In this document: positions 54,901 to 64,000 of the stretch, in pieces
How the letters are laid out: each line of letters begins with the position of its first letter
How positions within the stretch are numbered: position 1 is the first letter of the stretch
DNA from: Monocercomonoides exilis PA203
Lineage: Eukaryota; Protista; Preaxostyla
Assembly: GCA_001643675.2 (NCBI GenBank)
Contig: LSRY02000032.1
Coordinates: 124,001 to 188,000, forward strand
Reading direction: 5' to 3'
Length of the DNA stretch: 64,000 nucleotides
The notes under the pieces: generated by a model
What the model was told of the DNA's origin: nothing
Databases searched by the model: none
The model's input: only the letters and a program-made list of their open reading frames with translations
Program-made: the position numbers and the translations under genes

Positions 54901-57900
54901 AGTTGAGCGAATCACTGGGTGGGAGTGAACTGGACGTACTGGTGAATGAAGTAGATGCAACATGGGAAAGCGTGGATTTGTTGTTTCCGAGCTCGTTCAT
55001 TTCCCCAGAAGGAGTGGAGTCGCTGCTGAATTCACGAGATGGAGTGCTGAAGATGGATTCCTTATCATTTCTGAGCTTAGCACCTCAACAGAAAGTTGAG
55101 TTTTGTCTGATCAAGGCAGACGGTGGCAGTGTTGAAATGATGAGTGTGAAAGTGATTGGAAAGCAGGGAGTTTAATCATTTGCGAGCTCTCCGTTTGTGT
55201 GTTCATCGAGTGATGGAGGATGGAAAATGATTGGATGTATTGTGGAAAACGTGAAAGTTGAAGGAGGGAGCGTGCTGTGCATCTCTTATTCATCTTTGCA
55301 AGGAGAATGCAAGGTCTTGATGCAGAACTGCACGATCACTTCTGTTGAAAACACGAATGGTGAAGCATGTGTGCTGAGTGCAATGTCGAATGTCCAGACA
55401 ACAATGACTATTGATCTGAATTCCGTGGTGTTTGAAGGATGCAAGTCCACAAAGTCGGAAAGGGGAGGGGGGCTGGGATTGAGCATGGGGAGTGGCAGCA
55501 GTCTGAACGTGGTGAATAATTCACAATGTGGAGGATGTGAATGCAGTTCAGAGAGTGGGAAAGGAGGGGGGGTGTATGTTGAATGCAAAAGCTATGGTGA
55601 GGATTACTTCTTTTCATCAGTTGGATTTGGAAACACAAACAAAGCGAAACAAGGGAAGAATGTGTTTGTGATGAGCGACAAGCTGAATTCGAGTGTAAGC
55701 ATGCTGCACTTTGGAGAATGGATCTGTTCATGGAAGGATGAACAAAATGTGTTTGTTGGAAGTGATGAGCATTTTGGTGAGGGAGTGGATTTGACTCTGT
55801 TTTTGTTTGAGCATTTTGCACAAGTGATATGGGTATCATCAGAAAACGGATATGATGTGATTGGCTGTGGAGACAGCTTGGCTATGTGTGGAACAGTTGG
55901 GTTTGGGCTGGGAAGGCTATCAAGAGGTGAAGGCGAAGAGAGCCAGAAGTCGCTCACTCTGATGGATGAGAACTGGATGAAGGAAGAAATGGAGCTTGAT
56001 GGTCATTTGATTGAATCGGGGTTGGAAAACACGAAGACGACACTTGTTGTGGGAGGTGAGATGAGTGGGAGCAGAGTTGAAGCTATACTTGTGAGTGGGA
56101 AAGCGAGGTTGAAGGTGCTGAGCATATCACTTGGAAGTGCTCTTTCCGAGAAGAAGAGTGTGCTATTTGCAGTGAATCAGCAGAAAAGTGAGTTGTGTGT
56201 TGAAGGATGTGATTTTGTGAAGCAGGATGGGGCATTGGGGATGAATTACAATCTGATTCGGCAGAGCTCAGGCAAAGTTGATATTATCGAATGTGTGATT
56301 GATGAATTAATGATGGGAGCTTCTGCTTTTGTGGTTTGTGATGGTTCGTCTAATTTTGGAATGAACAGGACAAAAGTGATGAGAGTGGAGTTTGAGGAAG
56401 GATGTGTTTTGGAGATTGTAGACGGAAGCGAACAGAATGGAGCAGACATGCTTGGAGTTGCAATCGAAGGGTGCACTTTCTCTTCTATTCAGCAGACAGG
56501 AGTGGAAGAAAAGAGAAAACCTTGCATTGTTGAGTCGCATGTGTTGAGGAGTGGGTATTCTTTCGTTGTGCTGAACAGCTCGTTTGAAGGATGTAGCTCT
56601 GCAGAAGAGAGAGAAGGAGGAGTGCTGCATTGTGGGTATGAGAGTGGGATGAAGTTTGAGATCAAAGACTCGAATGCAACATCGTGCAGCGCAGTGAAAG
56701 GAAAAGGAGGGTTTTTGTTCTTGGACTGTCGTGGGGAGGGAGAGCTTGGGTTTTTGCTGAACAACACGCTGTTCAGGAACAACATGGCTGTGAAGGGGAG
56801 AGATGTGTTTGTTGTGTGCCACTTGATAAGTGCACAGATCAATGAGCGGCAGTTTGAGTTCGGGATGGAGGAAGGGGTGTACAACAGGACGGATGCGCTG
56901 TATGGGAGAGACTCGACGCTGGGGGAGGAGGACGAGGATATCAACCTGATTGGATATGTGCTGTTTTACCGATCAGACACAGTTTATGTGTCATCCACAA
57001 AGTTTGATGAAACAAGGATGTGTGGGTCTGTGTCTGCACCGTGCCGAACAGTGGATGCTGGGAATGGGCATGTTCAGGGAGAGTATGACAGGAGGATATT
57101 TATTGAGGGATGCGTGCCGATTGAAGGGAGCATGCGAGCAGAGAATGTTGTGCTTCAGAGAAAAGGAAAAGGAGAAGGGATGATGCTGCTGAGGATAGGA
57201 GCAGAAGACGAGACAGAAAGTGTGATCAGTTGCAACGGAGATGTGACACTTCAAGGGTTGGGCGTTGTGTTTTCTGAGGAATCACTGATTGGCAAGCAGT
57301 CGAGCTTCCTGTTGTGCGAAGAGAATGGTGAATTATCTGTTGCCTCGTGTTCATTTGAGCGAACGAAAGTGAGTGAAGAGGGAAGTGGCAACAGATTGAG
57401 CATTCCATTTTCTCTTGTGAAATGTGTTGGTGGAAGTGTTTCAATGAGTTCTGTGACTGTTGAAGGATTGGCATTTGAGAAGTCTGTTCTTGTGTTTTCA
57501 GAGGGAACTGTTTTGAAAGTGCAGGGTTTGAGTTGCATTGGTGCTGCGCTTTGTGGGGGTTTTCTTGCATCAAGGGAATGCAAGATAGCTCTTGATAGCA
57601 TCAATCTTTCGGGGATCGTTGCTGAAGCATCCATTTTTGAGATCCAAAGAATGAAAAGTGAGTTGGTATTTGAGAAAATAGTTATCAAAGATGTTGAGCT
57701 GAGGAACGGAAGTGTTGTTGACATGAATGAAGCAAAACACGAAAGAGAGCAAGAAGAGAAGAATGATGACCCAGTTTTTGTGATAAGCGTTTCTGAATTT
57801 GCGAACATCACATCGAGTCACTCAGAATCGGCAGTCATCAGGTGTGATGGATTCAGCGGAGCAATCAGATTTGCAAACTGCTCTGTGAAGGATAACAGAA

Positions 57901-60065
57901 TGAGGAAGGAGAAGGGCGATGAGCTTTGTGTGTCATTCTGCAAAATGGTTGATTTGGATTTATGTCTTTTTGAAGGGCAAAAGGAAAATGTTGGGGAAGA
58001 GGAAATCGAACAGGCGACAAAGAGAGAGAAACTGTGCATGTGGAATGGATCACTTGTTGACGCGACAAACAGCACGATTTGCATGAAAAACTCGGATGTT
58101 GCGAATTCAGGGAAGGGGGGAATGTCCATTTGGGGTGGAGAGATTTCCATTGAAAAAAGTGAGTTTCGAAACAACAATGCAGAGGTGCCGGATTATGGGT
58201 CAGCTCGGAGGAACGTGCTGTGCACAGGAGCAGGGGAGCTGTACGTGGTGAGTCTGAAAGGAGGGGATGGAGTGCTGCCGAATGGATCGCTGTGGATTCT
58301 GAACGATGGGTGTGGTGTTGAAGGGATTGCAACAGAGAGAGAATCGCTGTTTTTCATCCCAGCTGTGGAAGAGGCGAGGAATGCAACAACATCCGATGGG
58401 AAGACAAGCATCACGCTGACTGGGAGACTTCTTCTTCCTTGCAATGTTTCGTTGCGGATGAGCTTCAGGAATGGAAGAGAAGAAGTGGTTGAGATTCATG
58501 GGATTGATGAAAGTGAAAGCGTGTCAGAGAATGAAATTATCGCAGTTGTTTCTTCATCTCAGATGGAATCAGTGGGAGAGAAGACAGAAATATCCGTGAG
58601 CATTCTGTTTGGAAATCCATCGTTTCCATCAAAAACCGAATCGTTCATATTGAAGAACAGAAGCGAGCCCAAGCAAAAAGATGATGAAAAATCTGTTGAA
58701 AGTGGAAAAGGAGTCAATTCATTGTGGATTATAATTGTCGTTTCTTGCATTGTATTTATCGTCTTGTTGTTGATAATTGTTGCTGTGACTATTAGGTGGA
58801 GAAAGCAAAAGAGAAGGACTGAAGAGTTGGAAGTGATTGTGAATGACACAGTGAAGAAGGATCCGAAGGCATTCGAGATGGTGACGATGGAGATGTCACC
58901 CGAGGAGCAGTGGCGGAGGGCTGAGAGGGAGGCAGAGAAGAAGAATGAGGAGAGGATCAAGAAGAGGGTGTATGAGACGAATATGGAGCATTCCGAGTCA
59001 TCAGAGCACCTTCTGTCTGAGAGTGGCTCCACTGAATACATCTTGGGAAAAGACTCGGACAAGATCCCCGAATGGGTGCTGGAGAAGGTTGATGATGAGG
59101 AAGAGACAAGAAAGAGATCGCCTTCACCATCCATCTCATCCACTTCAACCACAGACACTTCAGACACTGAATCCACGTTTGTTCGGGGGGAGGATCTGTG
59201 TCCAACCACCTCATCCATGTCGAATCTGGTGGATGCTATGGCATGTTCATCGCCACATGAGAAGCTCATTGTGGACTTGAGGGATTCGCTGTTCATGCTG
59301 CTTCATGGAAGGAATGAGAAGAAAGAGATGGCGATAGGCACTCTGCAAGAGAGGGAGATGACAGCTGCACAGATCCTGTTCTGGGTGGCCAATCTCGCAC
59401 TCCATTCATTTGACGAAATGAACAATCCTCTTTCATCTCTTGCCAACCTCAACCCTCACATTGTTCTCTTCTCAGAACACATGGTTATCTGCATTGCCCT
59501 CCACTCCGACTGCTCCTCAGACTCAGACACTTCATCCATCTCTTCTTCCACCTCGACAATTGTCACCTCTTCCTCTGATGTTTCTGTGAAGAGCGAGAGA
59601 TTCTCAAAATCACCACCACCTTCGTCGGCCTTTGAGGATGAGGATGACTTCAAAAAAGAGTGTCTGCGGTGGAAGGCACCAGAGCTGCTGATCAACAAGA
59701 AGATGGGAGCGACAAAGGAATCAGTGGCATTCTCCATTGGCATGATGCTGTGGGAGTGTCTGACACTGGACATTCCGTTTGGCGAGTATGAGGCAGTAAT
59801 AGCTGGAGACAAAATTACGAAAGGTGAGAGGCCCAGCTGTGATGCAATTCAACGCTCCAAGCATTTGCCAGCAATTGTTTCGTGTACTTCTGGGAATTCT
59901 GGTGATAGGCCCACGTTATTTGATCTGAAGCGTCACTTTATAAAGTGCTTCCCAGCAAATGCAGTGCTGATCACAATTTCAGATGCCATTATTGATGAAG
60001 AAGAATCAGACGATAAACAAATTGCAAGCGGAAACAATGAAAATACTGTACAATCAGATAATTGA
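51945..60065 (+). CDS. Large type-I membrane receptor-like protein (signal peptide, Cys/Gly-rich beta-helix-like ectodomain, TM, degenerate kinase-like C-lobe); two in-frame stops, possibly a pseudogene
   Basis: The three listed ORFs (51738, 53343, 55197) share one frame, separated only by TAG 53319-53321 and TAA 55173-55175. Signal peptide MRWLCVVLFFGQFYCIA; repeated FxxCx..GGAIY/GGGIY; TM LWIIIVVSCIVFIVLLLIIVAVTI followed by RWRKQKRR; kinase remnants RWKAPELL, VAFSIGMMLWECLTLDIPF, RPTL. Confidence 0.85.
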
Positions 60066-61181
60066 AACAGGTTGATTTTGTAATTGCACATTTCTGGAAT
60101 GACACAGTGTTTTCAAAAAGACAAAAGAATAGCATGTGCATTTATTTCAACGATTCAACGAATAATTAATAAGATTAGCCATGGCTGGAAGTTGTTTTTC
60201 AATAAGATTGAAATCATTTTGTTCATATTGAAAGATGGTTTTTCAACAGAGAATAACATCAAAAATCAGAAAGTACTCCATGATTGTTGGCAAAAGTGGT
60301 ATTATTCCCCAATCGTTGAAAAGATGTGATTACTTCTTGTTGAATATGTTCCTTTTTTTGTTTGCTCAGTGAAAATGGCATTTGTTTGCTTTTTGCCAAG
60401 GAAACATCGGATATATCCAGGCTTTGCTCGGGCTAGTGTTTAAAATACAAATTCTCAAAAGTTCTGTTGTTTTCGATACACATTCCAAAACTGCTTATCT
60501 TTATTTCTCAAGAGAGTCAAAATTAAATTTGGCATTTCTTGCTCAGTCACTTCACATTAAACTCAATTCCAACAAAATAATAAGCGAAGTTCTCAATGTT
60601 TTCAAAGCAATGCTTCTTCCGTCTGTTCAACAGTCCAGATTCTTGAATGAAAATTCAATTTGTCGAAGAAAAAATGAGTTTTTGAATAATTGAAAAGAAA
60701 ATGAACTACAAGAACAAGAAAGTGCACCAAAAAGCATATTTGCAAGTGCATAACATCTCAACACCCAAAGCAGGTTGACACAAAACAACAAGAAATTGCA
60801 TTGCCTGTGGTTGTATGCTAACGCTGCTATGGTTATGAGGCATCAGCGTTCAAGCAAGCTGAAAGAAGACATCGTACTTCGAAACCCAGATACTCATAAA
60901 TGTCAAACGGCATCACAAGCACAAAAACATATAAAAGATGAAAAGAAAAAAGGAAAATTTTAATGAAAAATTAAAAAATTAAGAATGCAGGACAGAAATG
61001 AAAGAATGGAAAAATTCGAATAAGAAAGAAAGAAAGAAAGAAACCAAAAATGTGAAACTCACCCATATCCACTTTGACACTTTTTTTCATTTTATTTTTT
61101 TTCATTTTTTCATTTTTCATTTTGGTACATGATTCGATTATATTGTACTGTTATTTGGTTTCTTTTTTTGCCTATTCGCTT

Positions 61182-63789
61182 TTAAAATGTCGACGGCAGC
61201 CTTTTTTTCGAAGAAGAGGATGATGGTAACCGTTTTTTAGAAGAAGATGCTGAAGAAAGCCTGTTATGTGGAGAAGATGACGGAGGAAACCTGTCTGCAG
61301 CAGAAGAAGATCCACGAAAAATCCTTTCAAAAAAAGGAGGGGTTGTAACAACGGTGGTGGAAGTTAATGAGACTAACTCGCAAGAAGATTTCGAAGTTGT
61401 TCCAAAAAATGGCTTAACTAGCATAGGAGGTGAAGACGTAGTGGTAGAAGAAGAATATGCAATAACCTGGTTTTTGTAAGTTGTAGTGTAGCCATGAAAG
61501 AGTTTGGTAATATAAGAAGTAGTCGAACATGAAGATGAAGAAGAAAATGATATCACCTCTTCGTTTGAAATTGAAGTACTTGTTCGAAAAAGCTTAGAAA
61601 GAAAAGAAGGCGGAGGAGTTGAAGTTGAAGAAGAAAATGACAACAACTCAGAAGAGGTGGGAGAAGAAGAAGAAGTAGAAGAAGAATGCATGTTAAAAGG
61701 ATTACAAAGAAAAGAAGAAGAATCAGAAGAATCTGTATACGATGATGTATATATATCAGAAATTTCCGTGGAAGAAGGTGATGTTCCAAATAAAAGCCGA
61801 GAAAGAAAAGACGGAGTATAAACAGTAGAAGAAGAAGAAATTGACAGTAAATCGTAAGTAGTCGTTGAAGTTTCTTGAGGAGGAGCAACTAATGCTGTTG
61901 ACATTGATGGATATTCTGTTTCATCACCATCACCACGAACAAATTTCAAAACGACGCAAGCAAGAATAAAAGAACATTCAAAGGCTAAGAGGATAAAAAA
62001 GCAGCGCTTACAATCAAAACTTGATACAGACTGGAAATCCATCGTGTCATTCGTCTCCTTATAATTGTTCTTCCTGTTCCTGGTATCCTCTTTCATATAG
62101 TAAGAAGAAGAAGATCTATTAGAATTGCGAGATGAAAAGGAATCAAAATATGGAGAATCATAGTATCGAGAAGAAGAAGAAGATGATGACGACGACGACG
62201 ATGGAGAATCATAGTATCGAGAAGAAGAAGATGAAGAAGATGATGATGATGAGTGGGAAGAAGAAGAAGAAGAATAGGGATGAGAAGGATGGCAAGCAGA
62301 GGTAGAAGAAGAAGAGTGGGAAGAAGAAGAAGGATAAGAAGATGGGTTTGAATATGAAGAAGTACAGTGATGAGAAGAAGATGAGGATGATGACGGATAA
62401 GAAGAACGACAAAATGAGGAAGGAGCAGAGGGATTAGAAGACAAGGTAGATGAAGAAGAATCATAAGAGGAGTCAGAATATGAAGAATCATAGCGTCGAG
62501 AAGAAGAAAGAGAAGAAGAGGGATAGGAAGGGCGACAAACAGAAGAAGAAGAGGAGGAGGAGGATGTTGAAGAAGAAGATGAACGCAACATAGTTGGCAC
62601 AGGATACGCAGAGGTTGGTGACGAAATGGAAGTTGATTTTCCAATTTGTGAAGGAACTCTCTCTTCAATCTTAACATGGCGCTTTTTCGTATCCCTTATC
62701 GAATCTTCTGTGTGATCGTCTCTTTGTTTAATTTGTGAATAATCTCTGCATTTCTGCCTGTCTTCATTTGTGTCTTTAAAGCTGTTTTCAGCACTACGAT
62801 GAGTTAGTCTATGAATTTCCTGTTCTGTCTCGTATCGCCTTGGAAGCTTCGATGCCACACTTGGATATGAAAGCACCTTGAGCAAGTCTATTCCGCTGTC
62901 TGTTTCGTGGCGCAGCAGCACCATTGTGAGTAACATAATTTCTTTGTCGATTGAATCATGGAAGTGATTTTTCACTAACCTCAATGCACCATTCTGTAAA
63001 AACTCATTCAGATCAGCTGATGAAAAAGAACGGAGCATGCACAATTCAAAGAGCACTATACCAAGTTGCCTGAGATCGGTCGCTGAGTCTGAAAACGCTT
63101 GAACTGCCGATGGAGATGAACTCGAAGAGGAAGCAGATGCTCGTCTCAATGTCAATGATGGCTTCGTGATTCGAAATTCTCCTGAGTATTTATATAAAAA
63201 AATATTTTTTATTTTCAGATTTTTATGAATCTTAAAAAAATAAAAGCTCAATGGCATGCCAAGTTTCACGTGACCATCAGGTGTCAGAAGAATGTTGTTC
63301 AAGAGAATGTTTCCGTGCTTCAAACCCACCTTGAAATATTCAAAAAGCCCCAGCAAAAGTTCAGTTATGATAGTCCACAATTCCTTTTTTAAAAGAAAAA
63401 ATATATAAAAAATTCATTTTTTTTTTTTTTTTTTGGATATTATCATTCAGTGAAAACAGACTTAATCTTGTTAACGAATACAAAATGCAAACATTGTTAG
63501 AATAATATTTCCAGTGTTTTTTTCTTTTCTCAATATCATCTTTCAGGTTAGTTCCTTCACAGTACTCAAAAAAAATGTGCAAGTCATTATCATTATTGTA
63601 ATTTGCTTCAACAATGGTTTCTGTATACGGACTTTTGATTGCTTTCGCTTTTGAAAGTTTCAAGCCCATATGTTCATTTGTCAAATAAAAGTTGTCTTCA
63701 AAATTGTAACGCTTCAAAATATTCTTTTCTCCATTTCCTTTCGATACCATGTACACTCTGCACTCCTTATTAATATTCAATAACTTCAT
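61182..63789 (-). CDS. NEK-like pseudokinase with a TM helix and a Ser/Thr-rich repeat tail; 2 introns
   Basis: Exon 1 ..NILKRY..SPYTETIVEANY..LHIFFEYCEGTNLKDDIEKRKK..YSNN; intron 63492-63384; exon 2 ELWTIITELLLGL..KHGNILLNNILLTPDGHVKLG; intron ~63258-63183; exon 3 EFRI..SATDLRQLGIVLFELC. TM CFFILLAFECSFILACVVLKFV. Confidence 0.8.
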
Positions 63790-64000
63790 GTGTACATCTT
63801 TTCAAAAAAACAATAAACAAATAAAATTCACAGTTGACCCAAATTTAACAACATCGCGCAAACAAAAACAACAAACATTTATCAAATATACTTTGCTCTT
63901 TTTTCTCTTCAGCTTTCAATTTCGCCATCAAAACTATTTCAAATCCGCAAAAATAATATTCAACAAAAATATGAAGATCAATTTGCATATAAAAAAATTA

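Noticed and set aside
51945-60065. Genome-wide TAA/TAG=Gln reassignment
   Set aside because: Gln-rich giant ORFs contain no in-frame TAR, and several genes end in TAA or TAG.
60084-61100. Short + ORFs downstream of the receptor gene
   Set aside because: Mostly non-ATG starts, no motifs, AT-rich intergenic character.
7293-63789. Functional phospho-signalling gene cluster (PPP, DSP, Cabin1, two pseudokinases)
   Set aside because: These families are abundant in protist genomes and nothing in the sequence shows co-regulation.

Overview
AT-rich eukaryotic DNA with short spliceosomal introns, the standard genetic code and very large Ser-rich proteins. The gene style fits a metamonad protist such as the oxymonad Monocercomonoides (inference only). 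Left to right: the 5' half of a Piwi/Argonaute gene running off the left edge; a small unassigned + gene; a multi-exon coiled-coil gene with an intronic GA microsatellite; an AT-rich intergenic zone with a cluster of ~259-bp inverted-repeat elements; an 8286-aa uninterrupted ORF whose PP5/PPEF-like Ser/Thr phosphatase domain is split into three pieces, one gap being ~1650 aa; AMMECR1; a rhodanese plus dual-specificity phosphatase; a DHHC palmitoyltransferase; a 3445-aa Cabin1/Hir3-like TPR protein; a second repeat zone with more ~259-bp units, one nested in a TA-flanked ~665-bp element with ~125-bp TIRs; a decayed ORF; a ~2700-codon beta-helix receptor pseudokinase reading frame broken only by two in-frame stops; and a convergent NEK-like pseudokinase with a TM helix and Ser/Thr repeats. 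All family calls come from manual motif recognition, not database searches.
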